Of a stretch of DNA of 64,000 bases, positions 1 to 10,218 are shown in pieces. The notes beneath the pieces were generated by a model. That model did no database searches, was not told the DNA's origin, and was given only the letters and a program-made list of their open reading frames with translations. The stretch is from the NCBI GenBank assembly GCA_019038645.1, contig JAHOYT010000002.1, positions 34,679 through 98,678 of the forward strand, written 5' to 3'. The DNA is from Bacteroidales bacterium. Its GTDB lineage: Bacteria > Bacteroidota > Bacteroidia > Bacteroidales > UBA12077. The first letter of the stretch is position 1. Every line of letters starts with the position of its first letter. Both the position numbers and the translations under genes were made by a program.

Positions 1-844
1 AATTTAATGATGATGAAATTGCTACTTTTGAATCTAAACCAAAATTGCCCGTTGTGGATATAGGTAAATTATCAACATTATTTTTTTCCACACTTCCTAA
101 TGTAGATGGAACAATAACAAACTTTTTAGAACTTGCACTTGGTAAATCCTTAAATATAATGTTTCCTGTGTGACCAAGATCAATGCCCTGAAAATTAGTT
201 GGGAATTTTGTCCACGTTGAGTAAGTATTACGCTTCATGTCGTTACGTATGAAGTTTATTCCCCATTCAGTATTTTGACTAAATTTCAATGAGCTAAATG
301 GAATTGCCATTTCAATTTCCCAATGATCTTCAGCTATACTTAAATCCGAATGCCAAATATTGTTCCAATTAGCATCTATGGAATTATAACTACCATTAAC
401 AGCAATTAATCCATCAAATTGAGCTCCACCGGCATTAACGCCAAATATGTAACCATTACTTTTTGAATTTATTGGATCAATAATAACTGCAAAAGCATCA
501 CTATTCCAGTATTCGTTTTCGCTATCGCGTTTAAGCGTTTGGATAATTTTTTCACTATTATCATCATCTAATATAATAGCTAAATATAAAAAGTCTTCAT
601 CGTAAGTAATTTTGACTTCCGTTTGATATTCTGATTGGGTGCTGTCTGATGGCCAATGATCCCAAAAGTTTTTAAAAGTATATGCATTCTCCCATTCTTT
701 GTTATTTATTATTCCATCAATAGTTGGAGAGATTTCAGATGGGCCAATGTTAGCAGTATATTCAGCTATGTTGAATGCAGCTTTGTTTGCTTGTATCTGC
801 GAACATATTATAATTAGTAATAATAAGTTTATAAGCCTTTTCAT
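1..844 (-). CDS. Secreted CBM9-like / DUF5916-type protein; only the N-terminal part is in the window, and the ORF continues past position 1
   Basis: Hand translation from the ATG at 844-842 stays open to the window edge. It starts MKRLINLLLLIIICSQIQA (signal peptide), then ...PTIDGIINNKEWENAYTFKNFW...KITYDEDFLYLAIILDD... It is absent from the ORF track because no stop lies in the window. The family call rests on motif resemblance only. Confidence 0.5.
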   Translation of the reverse strand, partial: MKRLINLLLLIIICSQIQANKAAFNIAEYTANIGPSEISPTIDGIINNKEWENAYTFKNFWDHWPSDSTQSEYQTEVKITYDEDFLYLAIILDDDNSEKIIQTLKRDSENEYWNSDAFAVIIDPINSKSNGYIFGVNAGGAQFDGLIAVNGSYNSIDANWNNIWHSDLSIAEDHWEIEMAIPFSSLKFSQNTEWGINFIRNDMKRNTYSTWTKFPTNFQGIDLGHTGNIIFKDLPSASSKKFVIVPSTLGSVEKNNVDNLPISTTGNFGLDSKVAISSSLN

Positions 845-1078
845 ATCCTAAAATTTAAATTTATCATATCAAAAGTATGGTGCATTATATTCTGTTTCAG
901 GAAATATAGACGATCGTTGTAAGTTGCTGGATATAAAGCAGAAATTCTTTATTATCTGCAGTTAAGGAGATTTTAACTGTTACTAATCTTCAAAACAAAG
1001 CATTCAGTCGAAATTTTAATATTTCATTCTTTTACTGTATATTAAAGCTTTATTTTTACCGTTGTAAATAGTTTAATT

Positions 1079-2149
1079 ATGCGGGGACTCACATCAAATA
1101 ACGAAGGTTTTTCATTTAACAGGATTAAGTGGCATTTACTATTGTGGTTTTCTTATTTATTCTTTTACGTAATAGTGCTTGGTTCGTTAGAAACAGAACA
1201 TTCAGTTTTTCAGCAACTTAAAATAGAATTAATACGGCTTCCGATAAAACTTATTGCAACCTATACGTTAATCTATTTTTTCATTCCGAGATTTTTATTA
1301 AGAAGACAGTACTATAGTTTTTTTCTTTCAGTTATGCCAGTAGCTTTTGTATTAGGTTTATTACAGCGATACATTGATTATCATACATTTTATCAGGAAT
1401 TATGGCCTGATTATGTTATTGAGTATCCTTGGTTATATTGGCCAAAAGTATTATATGGTTCAATTGGTGTTTATACAATTGCTGCTATTGCGGCAATAAT
1501 TAAACTTTTAAAACAATGGTTTACAACACAACAAATAAATAACTCGCTAAGACAAGAAAAACTTGCTGCAGAGCTAAAATTTCTAAAAGCTCAAATTCAT
1601 CCGCACTTTTTGTTTAATACATTAAATAATCTGTATGCTTTAACGCTAAAGAAATCTTCAAAAGCACCAGAGGTTGTGTTGAAACTATCTGATTTATTAG
1701 ATTATATGCTTTACGAATGCAATGTTCCAAAAGTTGGTTTAGATAAAGAGATTGCAATGCTTGAAAATTATATTGAATTAGAAAAAATAAGATATGGAGA
1801 TGATTTAAAGGTAGATTTTAAGGTTGATAATGCTTCAAAAAGTGTATTAATTTCACCTATGTTATTACTGCCTTTAATTGAGAATGCTTTTAAGCATGGG
1901 GTAAGTGGGGAAATTAATAGTAAATGGTTGAATATAAATTTAGAAACTAATAATGGAAACTTAGAATTTAGTATTGAAAATTCGAAAGATCCAAAATCAC
2001 AAAATAAGAAAGAATCATATACCGAAGGAATTGGTTTGAAGAATGTAATTCGTCGTTTGGAACTTGTTTATAAAGATGTGCATCAATTACAGGTTAATGA
2101 TAAAGGAGAAAGTTTTAAAGTAGTTCTTAATGTTGAAATAGAAAATTAA
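1079..2149 (+). CDS. Sensor histidine kinase, LytS/YehU-like (His_kinase plus HATPase), multi-TM N-terminus
   Basis: AQIHPHFLFNTLNNL H-box typical of the LytS family. C-terminal ATPase motifs (LLPLIENAFKHG, GIGLKNV). Hydrophobic N-terminal half. Immediately followed by a LytTR regulator gene. Confidence 0.8.
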   Translation: MRGLTSNNEGFSFNRIKWHLLLWFSYLFFYVIVLGSLETEHSVFQQLKIELIRLPIKLIATYTLIYFFIPRFLLRRQYYSFFLSVMPVAFVLGLLQRYIDYHTFYQELWPDYVIEYPWLYWPKVLYGSIGVYTIAAIAAIIKLLKQWFTTQQINNSLRQEKLAAELKFLKAQIHPHFLFNTLNNLYALTLKKSSKAPEVVLKLSDLLDYMLYECNVPKVGLDKEIAMLENYIELEKIRYGDDLKVDFKVDNASKSVLISPMLLLPLIENAFKHGVSGEINSKWLNINLETNNGNLEFSIENSKDPKSQNKKESYTEGIGLKNVIRRLELVYKDVHQLQVNDKGESFKVVLNVEIEN

Positions 2150-2154
2150 TTGTA

Positions 2155-2886
2155 ATGCATAAAACGAAGTGTATAATAGTTGATGATGAGCCACTTGCAA
2201 TTGAGGTAATTGAAAACCATCTTTCTAAATTTGACGATTTTGAGATCGTGGCAAAATGCAGCAATGCAGTTTCAGCATTTGAAATTATCAGAAAAACACA
2301 CGTCGATTTAATATTTTTAGACATTCAAATGCCTAAAATTACGGGAGTAGATTTTCTTAAATCATTAAGGAATTCTCCAAAAGTTATTTTTACTACGGCA
2401 TATCGCGATTACGCAATTGAAGCATACGAACTGGATGTGGTAGATTATTTATTAAAACCAATATCATTTGAAAGGTTTTTAAAAGCTATTAATAAGTTTT
2501 ATGAAGTTTCAGGTCGAGACCTGAATATATTCAATCAAAATGGGAGTGTTTCTATTGATCAGGATCAATATACTTACATTAAAGCAGATAAAAAATTACA
2601 TAAAGTTTTTTTAAAGGATATAATCTATATTGAAGCTTTAAAAGATTATGTAAAAATAATCTGCAAAAAGAAATCTTTAATTACAAAACATCCCATAAGT
2701 ACTTTTGAAGAAAAATTACCACAAGAGTATTTTATTAGAATACATCGTTCTTATATAATAAATTTTGCTTTAATCGAAGCATTTAATTCCACTGAAATAG
2801 ATATACATGATCGACAATTGCCTATAGGTAGAAGTTATAAAAATCATGTTTTAAAAGTTCTAAATATTAGCGAAGGTAGCATATAG
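2155..2886 (+). CDS. LytR/AlgR-family response regulator (REC plus LytTR DNA-binding domain)
   Basis: REC motifs (IIVDDEP, DLIFLDIQMP, K in LLKP). C-terminal LytTR pattern (IIYIEALKDYVKI...FIRIHRSYIIN). Only 5 nt downstream of the kinase gene. Confidence 0.85.
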   Translation: MHKTKCIIVDDEPLAIEVIENHLSKFDDFEIVAKCSNAVSAFEIIRKTHVDLIFLDIQMPKITGVDFLKSLRNSPKVIFTTAYRDYAIEAYELDVVDYLLKPISFERFLKAINKFYEVSGRDLNIFNQNGSVSIDQDQYTYIKADKKLHKVFLKDIIYIEALKDYVKIICKKKSLITKHPISTFEEKLPQEYFIRIHRSYIINFALIEAFNSTEIDIHDRQLPIGRSYKNHVLKVLNISEGSI

Positions 2887-2938
2887 TTCCTTTTTTTATT
2901 TATTTTTGTTATTTGAAACAAATCTAAATAAATAGGGA

Positions 2939-3835
2939 ATGAAAATATTAAAGGTTTTAATATTGTTAACGTTGATTCTTCCTGCTTGTAATAGTCCAAA
3001 AGAGAATCAGCCAGACATAAAAAAAACAATTACTGTAAGCATTTTACCCCAAAAATATTTTGTAGAAAAAATAGCTGGAGATCATTTTAATATTAACGTA
3101 ATGATTCCTCCCGGAGCAAGTCCTGTAACTTATGAACCCACTCCTAAACAAATGAAAGAATTATCAAATTCTTTTGTTTATTTTCGGATCGGGCATATAG
3201 AATTTGAAAAGTCGTGGATGAAAAAACTCATGGACATTAATCCTGATATGCAGATTGTTGATTTGTCAAAAAATGCAACTTTAATTTATCCGGAACAAAA
3301 GGTTGAGGCAGAACATGCACATGATCATGAAGGTCATCATCATCACGGGATTGATCCTCATATTTGGACATCGCCTAAAGAAGTAAAAAAACAAGCAAAA
3401 GCTATTTATGATTTTTTAATTAAATATGACTCCGGAAATAATGATGAGTATAGTGTAAATTATAAATTATTTAATGATGAGGTGGATAGTCTGGATGCTT
3501 ACCTGAGAGAGGTTTTGCTTCCATACAAAGGACTAAAATTTATGATATTCCACCCAGCACTGTCTTACTTTGCACGCGATTACGAACTGGAACAAATCTC
3601 CATAGAGACAGATGGTAAAGAACCAACACCAGCAGGTATTCAGAAAATTATTGAAGTAGCCAAAAAAGAAAACATAAGAATTGTGTTTGTACAAAAACAA
3701 TTTAGTACACATAATGCCGAAGTAATTGCAAAAGAAATAGATGGCAGAGTGGTTCAGATTGATCCATTAGATTATAATTGGGTTGAAAGTATTAAGTTTA
3801 TTGCGGAAGAAATTGTAAAATCGTATTCAAACTAG
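2939..3835 (+). CDS. znuA: Zinc ABC transporter substrate-binding lipoprotein (ZnuA/TroA family)
   Basis: Lipobox LILPAC. His-rich loop EAEHAHDHEGHHHHGIDPH. Cluster-9 SBP pattern (DPHIW, FHPALSYFA). Followed by ATPase and permease genes. Confidence 0.8.
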   Translation: MKILKVLILLTLILPACNSPKENQPDIKKTITVSILPQKYFVEKIAGDHFNINVMIPPGASPVTYEPTPKQMKELSNSFVYFRIGHIEFEKSWMKKLMDINPDMQIVDLSKNATLIYPEQKVEAEHAHDHEGHHHHGIDPHIWTSPKEVKKQAKAIYDFLIKYDSGNNDEYSVNYKLFNDEVDSLDAYLREVLLPYKGLKFMIFHPALSYFARDYELEQISIETDGKEPTPAGIQKIIEVAKKENIRIVFVQKQFSTHNAEVIAKEIDGRVVQIDPLDYNWVESIKFIAEEIVKSYSN

Positions 3836-3840
3836 AGTTT

Positions 3841-4596
3841 ATGGAAAAAATACTCGGAATAGAGTCTGTATATGCCGGTTATAATAACGAAGTTATATTA
3901 AAGGATGTATCACTTGAAGTTTTTGACGATGATTTTATAGGAATTATAGGTCCCAATGGTGGAGGTAAAACAACGCTTTTAAACGTAATTCTGGGATTAA
4001 TAAAACCATTCAAAGGATCGGTAGAATTTTTTGATGATTCCAAAGCCAGTCGTAATAATAGAATTGGTTATTTACCGCAAATAAACAAGATTGATAAAAA
4101 ATTTCCAATTACCGTTAACGAAGTTGTATTGTCCGGACTTATTTATGGATCCGCAATATTTACGCGTTATACAAAATCCGACAGGGAAAAAGCTGTTGAA
4201 ACTCTGGAAAGAATAGGAATTTGCGACATTAAGAACACATCAATTGAGGAATTGTCCGGCGGGCAGATGCAAAAAGTCCTTCTTGCCAGGGCTTTGGTGT
4301 CATCGCCGCGTTTGTTAATTCTTGATGAGCCAAATACATTTGTCGATAACCAGTTCGAAGGTGAATTATATGAGATATTAAAGGAATTAAATAAGGAAAT
4401 GGCTATTATTATTGTTTCTCATGATGTAGGAACAATTTCAAGCTATATTAAAACAATTGCCTGTGTTAACAGAAGTTTACACTATCATAAATCAAACAAA
4501 ATTTCAGAAGAACAATTAGCTTCTTATAATTGCCCTATTAAATTAATTACTCATGGAGAGGTTCCTCATACAGTATTAAAAAAACACCATCATTAA
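3841..4596 (+). CDS. znuC: Zinc/metal ABC transporter ATP-binding protein
   Basis: Walker A GPNGGGKTT, signature LSGGQMQK, Walker B LLILDEP. C-terminus ends in KKHHH. Confidence 0.8.
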   Translation: MEKILGIESVYAGYNNEVILKDVSLEVFDDDFIGIIGPNGGGKTTLLNVILGLIKPFKGSVEFFDDSKASRNNRIGYLPQINKIDKKFPITVNEVVLSGLIYGSAIFTRYTKSDREKAVETLERIGICDIKNTSIEELSGGQMQKVLLARALVSSPRLLILDEPNTFVDNQFEGELYEILKELNKEMAIIIVSHDVGTISSYIKTIACVNRSLHYHKSNKISEEQLASYNCPIKLITHGEVPHTVLKKHHH

Positions 4597-4597
4597 T

Positions 4598-5431
4598 ATG
4601 ATTTCAGAACTATTGGAATATAAATTCATTGTTAACTCACTGCTTGCAGGAATCCTTGCAAGTATTAGTTGCGGTATTATTGGAACTTATATTGTTACAA
4701 GAAGAATGGTGTTCCTGAGTGGCGGTATTACACATTCATCATTTGGAGGAATAGGAATAGGATATTTTTTAGGTTTTAATCCTATAATTTCGGCTGCAAT
4801 TTTTGGAGTTTTTTCTGCGTTAGGAATTGAATTTATTTCAAAAAGGTCGGACATTCGGGAAGATTCCGTAATTGGGATATTATGGTCTTTTGGAATGGCA
4901 ATAGGTATTATGTTTATATTTTTAACACCCGGTTATGCACCCAATTTAATGTCTTATTTATTTGGAAGCATATTAACAGTATCAACATTTGACATTCTTT
5001 TAATGTTGGGTTTAAGTATTGTTCTTATTCTCGTATTTACATTTTTTTATCGGATTATTCTTTTCATTTCTTACGATCAGGAGTTTGCCCGGACACATAA
5101 AATTGCTGTTAGTTTAATTAATTACATACTTATTGGGTTAGTTGCTCTTACAATAGTTTTAAACATTAAGGTAGTTGGAATTATATTAGTTATTTCTTTG
5201 TTGACGATTCCACAATCAATAGCAAATCTTTTTACTAAAAATTTCAGAAACATTATTATTGTTTCAATTGTTATAGGTCTTATTGGTGCTTTTATGGGAT
5301 TGGTTATTTCTTATAAAATCAATATCCCATCGGGAGCATCGATTATTTTTTCTTTAGTAATGATCTTTTTAATTGCAAAACTATTTCAGATAATTAAAGG
5401 GAAGATTAATTTGAAAAAACAGAAAATTTAA
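4598..5431 (+). CDS. znuB: Zinc/metal ABC transporter permease (ABC-3 family)
   Basis: Polytopic membrane protein. It starts 2 nt after the ATPase stop. ABC-3-like pattern (SYLFGSILTVS, SLLTIPQSIA). Confidence 0.75.
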   Translation: MISELLEYKFIVNSLLAGILASISCGIIGTYIVTRRMVFLSGGITHSSFGGIGIGYFLGFNPIISAAIFGVFSALGIEFISKRSDIREDSVIGILWSFGMAIGIMFIFLTPGYAPNLMSYLFGSILTVSTFDILLMLGLSIVLILVFTFFYRIILFISYDQEFARTHKIAVSLINYILIGLVALTIVLNIKVVGIILVISLLTIPQSIANLFTKNFRNIIIVSIVIGLIGAFMGLVISYKINIPSGASIIFSLVMIFLIAKLFQIIKGKINLKKQKI

Positions 5432-5515
5432 AAAGTTTTATAATAAAATAAATAATCTATAATTTCGCATTAGATAATTAATAATCGATTTATAATCAAT
5501 AAAAATATTTAACAA

Positions 5516-6907
5516 ATGAATTACGATTTAATTATAATAGGAAGCGGTCCGGGAGGTTACGTTGCAGCAATCCGTGCATCTCAGTTAGGAATGAAAGTAG
5601 GCGTTGTAGAAAAATCAGAACTAGGAGGTATTTGCTTAAACTGGGGATGTATTCCAACGAAATCTTTATTAAAAAGCGGTCAGGTATTTAATTATGTAAA
5701 ACATGCTGCCGATTATGGTGTAACTATCGAAGGAGAAGCTAGAGCAAATTTTGAACAAATGGTTGCCCGAAGTCGTGGAGTTGCGGATGGAATGAGCAAA
5801 GGAATTCAGTTTTTGTTTAAAAAGAATAAAATTGATCATATTCAGGGATATGGAAAGTTAAAAAGTAACCAGACCGTTGAAGTAACAGATGCTGAAGGAA
5901 AAACTCAGGAAATAAAGGCTAAAAATATTATTCTGGCAACAGGTGCAAGATCTAAAGAGCTTCCAAATCTTAAACAGGATGGTAAAAAAATTATAGGTTA
6001 TCGTGAGGCTTTAACTTTGCCAAAACAACCGGAATCGATGATTGTTGTTGGATCAGGAGCAATTGGAAGTGAATTTGCTAATTTTTATAATAATATTGGA
6101 ACAAAAGTAACATTGGTTGAGTTTTTACCAACTGTTGTTCCAAACGAAGACGAAGAAGTTTCTAAACAACTGGGTCGTTCTTTCAAAAAGGCCGGAATTA
6201 AAGTAATGGTTGGCTCATCGGTTGAATCTGTCGATACCAGTGGCAATTTGTGTAAGGTTGTAATTAAAACAAAAAAGGGAGAAGAAAACCATGAGGCTGA
6301 AATAGTATTATCAGCAGTTGGAGTAACTCCGAATCTGGAAAATATTGGTATTGAAGAATTAGGAATTGAACTTGAAAAGGGTAAAGTAAAAGTTGATGAT
6401 TACTACAAAACTAACCTTGACGGAGTTTATGCAATTGGCGATATAGTTCACGGACCGGCATTGGCGCATGTAGCTTCAGCAGAAGGAATTACATGTGTTG
6501 AAAAAATGACAGGACTAAATCCTGAACCAGTTGATTATAGTAATATTCCTGGTTGTACATATACATCACCGGAAGTGGCATCTGTAGGACTAACAGAACA
6601 AGCTGCCCAAGACAAGGGTTATGAAATAAAAGTTGGTAAATTCCCATTTACTGCATCGGGTAAAGCAAGTGCTGCAGGTGAAAAGGATGGCTTCGTGAAA
6701 CTTATTTTTGACGAAAAATATGGTGAACTGTTAGGAGCTCATTTAATTGGAGCCAATGTAACCGAAATGATTGCTGAACTTGTTGTGGCTAAAAAACTGG
6801 AAACTACAGGGCATGAATTGTTAAAAGCAATTCATCCGCATCCAACTATGTCTGAGGCCGTTATGGAAGCTGCCGCCGCTGCTTATGGCGAGGTTATTCA
6901 TATATAA
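5516..6907 (+). CDS. lpdA: Dihydrolipoyl dehydrogenase (E3 component)
   Basis: FAD motif GSGPGGY. Redox-active disulfide GGICLNWGCIPTK. NAD motif GSGAIGSEF. C-terminal HPHPTMSE dimer-interface motif. Confidence 0.9.
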   Translation: MNYDLIIIGSGPGGYVAAIRASQLGMKVGVVEKSELGGICLNWGCIPTKSLLKSGQVFNYVKHAADYGVTIEGEARANFEQMVARSRGVADGMSKGIQFLFKKNKIDHIQGYGKLKSNQTVEVTDAEGKTQEIKAKNIILATGARSKELPNLKQDGKKIIGYREALTLPKQPESMIVVGSGAIGSEFANFYNNIGTKVTLVEFLPTVVPNEDEEVSKQLGRSFKKAGIKVMVGSSVESVDTSGNLCKVVIKTKKGEENHEAEIVLSAVGVTPNLENIGIEELGIELEKGKVKVDDYYKTNLDGVYAIGDIVHGPALAHVASAEGITCVEKMTGLNPEPVDYSNIPGCTYTSPEVASVGLTEQAAQDKGYEIKVGKFPFTASGKASAAGEKDGFVKLIFDEKYGELLGAHLIGANVTEMIAELVVAKKLETTGHELLKAIHPHPTMSEAVMEAAAAAYGEVIHI

Positions 6908-6930
6908 AATTGAATAAAATGATGTATTAT

Positions 6931-6963
6931 ACAGGGATATGTTTTTACGTATTCCTGTTTTTA
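6931..6963 (+). terminator. Intrinsic terminator after lpdA
   Basis: Roughly 9-bp stem pairing 6931-6939 (ACAGGGATA) with 6950-6958 (TATTCCTGT), including one G-U pair, followed by a T-run. Confidence 0.55.
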
Positions 6964-7093
6964 TTAAAATACATCAGGTTTTTTTATCAAATGATTCATT
7001 TTGTACGCAACCACTTACGGAGTTTTCACATCTAATTTTTACAGAATAACGGAAAAAAAAGTTTAGCAAGCTTTTTGTTGTAGAATTATTCAA

Positions 7094-7101
7094 TAAATTT
7101 G
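7094..7101 (+). promoter_or_regulatory. Candidate Bacteroidota -7 box (TAAATTTG) upstream of the ECF sigma gene
   Basis: Matches TAnnTTTG, 32 nt upstream of the TTG start at 7133. A TTTG lies at 7074-7077, but the spacing (16 nt) is shorter than the usual value. Confidence 0.3.
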
Positions 7102-7132
7102 TATATCATCTGAAAATAAACGGGGATATCTT

Positions 7133-7684
7133 TTGGATAATTATTCTGATATTATTAAAGCTTGCATTAAAGGCAACCGTATTGCACAAAACAGACTTTA
7201 TCAGCTTTTTGCAGATAAAATGTATGGAGTGTGTTTAAGGTATGCTGAAGATGAAGATGACGCAAAAGATATTTTACAAGATGGATTTATTAAGGTTTTT
7301 TTAAATCTTAACAAGTTTAAAAATAAAGGTTCTTTTGAAGGTTGGATTAGAAGAATAATTGTAAATACAGCTTTAGAGAAATTCAGAGATAAGAATTATT
7401 TGTTTGCAGTAAATATGGCGACTGAGATTGATGCAGCTGATAAAACATATGATCATATCATTAGTGAGTTGTCGGCAAATGATTTACTAAAGCTTATTCA
7501 GGATTTGTCACCTCAGTACAGAATGGTTTTTAACCTGTACGCTATTGAGGGATATTCGCATAAAGAGATTTGTGATAAACTGAAAATAAAAGAAGGAACT
7601 TCTAAATCTAATTTATCAAGAGCGAGAGATATTTTAAAAGATAAAGTAAAAAAACATTATAGCGTAAGTGTTAATTTTAGCTGA
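7133..7684 (+). CDS. ECF-type RNA polymerase sigma-70 family factor
   Basis: Region 2 (DAKDILQDGFIKVF...FEGWIRRIIVNTAL) and region 4 (YRMVFNLYAIEGYSHKEICDKL...SKSNLSRAR). TTG start, with no usable in-frame ATG. Confidence 0.85.
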   Translation: MDNYSDIIKACIKGNRIAQNRLYQLFADKMYGVCLRYAEDEDDAKDILQDGFIKVFLNLNKFKNKGSFEGWIRRIIVNTALEKFRDKNYLFAVNMATEIDAADKTYDHIISELSANDLLKLIQDLSPQYRMVFNLYAIEGYSHKEICDKLKIKEGTSKSNLSRARDILKDKVKKHYSVSVNFS

Positions 7685-9084
7685 TGAGTGCAAACTTTGA
7701 AAATATAGACAGTGAATTCAGAAGAGAACTGAGAGATTATTCTCAGCCTGTTCCTAGTGATGTGTGGGGTAATATTGAGAAAGGTCTTAATCAGTCCAAA
7801 AAGAGTAAATTTGCATCTTTTTATAAAATAGCAGCTGCAATAATGTCTTTCGCACTAATCGGATCTCTTTATTTTTATATCAATAGTAATAATGATCTTG
7901 AAACCGATCCTGTAATTGCTGATAGCCAGCAACCTGTAAAAACAGATTCTCAATCTCAGACCATTGATAACAACTTAATTATTTCTGAACCCGAAAGTAA
8001 TTTATCTGAAAACATAAGCAAGACTTCGAAAAATGAGGATGACTTATTAATTACTGAAACTCCACTTATAACGCAGACAAAAAATCAACTAACTTATTTA
8101 GTGGCAGATGTTAATACTATCAGGATTAATGATAATTTGAGCAAAATTGAAAGTTATCCGATTATAATTAATGTTGATAAGCCGAAAGGGGAAATTATTG
8201 ATGTCAGAAAAGAAAGGATTAAAGAATTATTAAATTCTATATCTGATTTAAATAATGTTATAGCATTAAATATTTTTTCAGACCAGGTAGAACAGAAAAG
8301 TGATAAATGGGCATTCGGAGGGGAGTTTTCTCCTTTATATTCATACCGACATATTACAGAAACAGTCAAAGAATCTGATAAAGAATATTTCAATAATGTT
8401 GAAAATCCTGTTATGACGTATTCCGGTGGATTAAATATGCAGTATAAAGCATATGGTAGGCTTACAGTTCAGCTTGGAGTTTATTATTCAACAATGGGCC
8501 AGTCACTTGATTATATGTCGGTGTATGCTAACAGTGTGTTTAGCGCGGTTGCAGATGAATACAAAGACCGATACCTAAATTCCTGGTCTCTTGAAAATTC
8601 AACCGGAGGTATTTCATTTAACTCAGAATATGTATTTATTGATGATAGAGCAGAGAGAGTAGTTAACCTGGCAGGAACTAAAAACACACCAGACATTACA
8701 AATCCGGTTTTTAGCGACCTTGATGCAGAGGTCCGGCAGAATTTTCAGTATGTCGAAGTCCCTTTTTTATTGCGTTATAAATTAGTTGATAAATTAATTG
8801 ATGTGAATTTGGTAGGTGGGTTTGGTGCTAATTTCCTTATTGGTAACAATGTATTTCTTGTTTATGGAGATACCAGGGAAACAATTGGACACACTGAGGG
8901 TGTTAATGATATTAATTACAACGGAACAATAGGTCTTGGATTTGAATATCCTTTAATGAAAAGAATAAATATTCGCTTTGAACCTACAGTTAAGTATTAT
9001 CTGAATGAAATAAATCCGGGTTCTCCGGTGGAGTCTCATCCATATTCGTTAGGAATTTATACTGGGATTAATTATTCATTTTGA
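7684..9084 (+). CDS. Putative anti-sigma-like membrane protein with a C-terminal OMP-type beta-barrel
   Basis: The start overlaps the sigma gene stop (TGATG). Hydrophilic N-terminus with PVPSDVWGNIEKGL, then one TM helix (FYKIAAAIMSFALIGSLYFYI). The C-terminal ~260 aa have a beta-strand pattern and end in GINYSF. Confidence 0.5.
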   Translation: MSANFENIDSEFRRELRDYSQPVPSDVWGNIEKGLNQSKKSKFASFYKIAAAIMSFALIGSLYFYINSNNDLETDPVIADSQQPVKTDSQSQTIDNNLIISEPESNLSENISKTSKNEDDLLITETPLITQTKNQLTYLVADVNTIRINDNLSKIESYPIIINVDKPKGEIIDVRKERIKELLNSISDLNNVIALNIFSDQVEQKSDKWAFGGEFSPLYSYRHITETVKESDKEYFNNVENPVMTYSGGLNMQYKAYGRLTVQLGVYYSTMGQSLDYMSVYANSVFSAVADEYKDRYLNSWSLENSTGGISFNSEYVFIDDRAERVVNLAGTKNTPDITNPVFSDLDAEVRQNFQYVEVPFLLRYKLVDKLIDVNLVGGFGANFLIGNNVFLVYGDTRETIGHTEGVNDINYNGTIGLGFEYPLMKRINIRFEPTVKYYLNEINPGSPVESHPYSLGIYTGINYSF

Positions 9085-9203
9085 TTTTTCTTTTAATTTC
9101 ACGTAAAAAAAAATCTAATTTTGTAACCTTTGTTATTAAAATATGTTTCTATTATAGCGATAACAAATTGTAGCACATCATATTTTTACAAAGGGACTAC
9201 TTT

Positions 9204-10178
9204 ATGAAAACAAAATATACATTTCTTTTAATAATAGGTTTGTTATTAATTACAACTATTTTTAAATTTTCTAAACCTGATGAAAAATCAGATGATGTAA
9301 ATTATCAGCAGATATTTCAGAAAAAATATTCCGTTTTTTCGCTTTCGTTACCGGAAGAAGTTTCGTTTGCCGGAGAAAAGGTTCCTATGGATTATTTTGA
9401 TGTGCGGGAAGCTCTTGATCAGGAAATCCTTGTTAATACATACTGGCAGTCACAAACCATCTTGTTTATTAAACGGGCACATAAATATTTCCCGCAGATT
9501 GAAAAAATACTTGCTGAAAACAATATCCCGGATGACTTTAAATATATAGTTCTTGCCGAAAGTGATTTGAAAAATGCAGTTTCATCAGCAGGTGCAGTAG
9601 GAATATGGCAGCTTATGAAAGGTACAGCAACTGATTATGGTCTGGAAGTAAATAGCGAAATAGACGAAAGATATCATTTTGAAAAATCCACAGAAGTGGC
9701 CTGTAAGTTTTTTAAAGATGCGCACGAATTATTTGGCAACTGGACTATGACTGCGGCTTCATATAATATGGGAAGAAGAGGCCTTATTAAGCAGGTTAAC
9801 AGACAAAAACAGAATAATTATTATGACTTGTTACTTAATAATGAAACCGGGAGATATATTTATCGTGTTTTAGCTATAAAGTTGATCCTGGAAAATCCTG
9901 AGAAATTTGGATTCCATGTTCGTGAAAAAGATTTGTATCACTCAGTACCAACCTATGAAGTTAAAGTAGATACTGCAGTTTCTGATTTTGCCGATTTCGC
10001 TGAAAAATTTGCAATAAACTACAAAGTCTTAAAATATTTCAATCCGTGGTTAAGAGAATCATTTTTAACTAATAAGTCAAATAAAGAATATTACATAAAA
10101 ATACCAAAAGAAGGATACAGAAGTTATTCAAAATTTATAGATTATTTTGAAATTGATTCAACTGTTGTTAATAATTAA
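9204..10178 (+). CDS. Lytic transglycosylase (SLT domain, MltD-like)
   Basis: SLT catalytic motif LAESDLKN...AVGIWQLMKGTATDYGL...AASYNMG. N-terminal signal anchor. Confidence 0.75.
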   Translation: MKTKYTFLLIIGLLLITTIFKFSKPDEKSDDVNYQQIFQKKYSVFSLSLPEEVSFAGEKVPMDYFDVREALDQEILVNTYWQSQTILFIKRAHKYFPQIEKILAENNIPDDFKYIVLAESDLKNAVSSAGAVGIWQLMKGTATDYGLEVNSEIDERYHFEKSTEVACKFFKDAHELFGNWTMTAASYNMGRRGLIKQVNRQKQNNYYDLLLNNETGRYIYRVLAIKLILENPEKFGFHVREKDLYHSVPTYEVKVDTAVSDFADFAEKFAINYKVLKYFNPWLRESFLTNKSNKEYYIKIPKEGYRSYSKFIDYFEIDSTVVNN

Positions 10179-10218
10179 TTTTTGATATTTTTATCATTGA
10201 AAAAAAGATAATTGTAAG

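Noticed and set aside
2911-2923. A small palindrome, ATTTG-AAA-CAAAT, upstream of znuA as a possible Zur operator.
   Set aside because: The arms are only 5 bp in AT-rich sequence, there is no resemblance I can defend to known Zur boxes, and no zur gene lies nearby.
9122-9151. A TGTAACC -35-like element upstream of the lytic transglycosylase gene, downstream of the first ECF sigma/anti-sigma pair.
   Set aside because: The expected -10 position reads TGTTTCTA rather than CGTC. A single heptamer is insufficient evidence for an ECF promoter.
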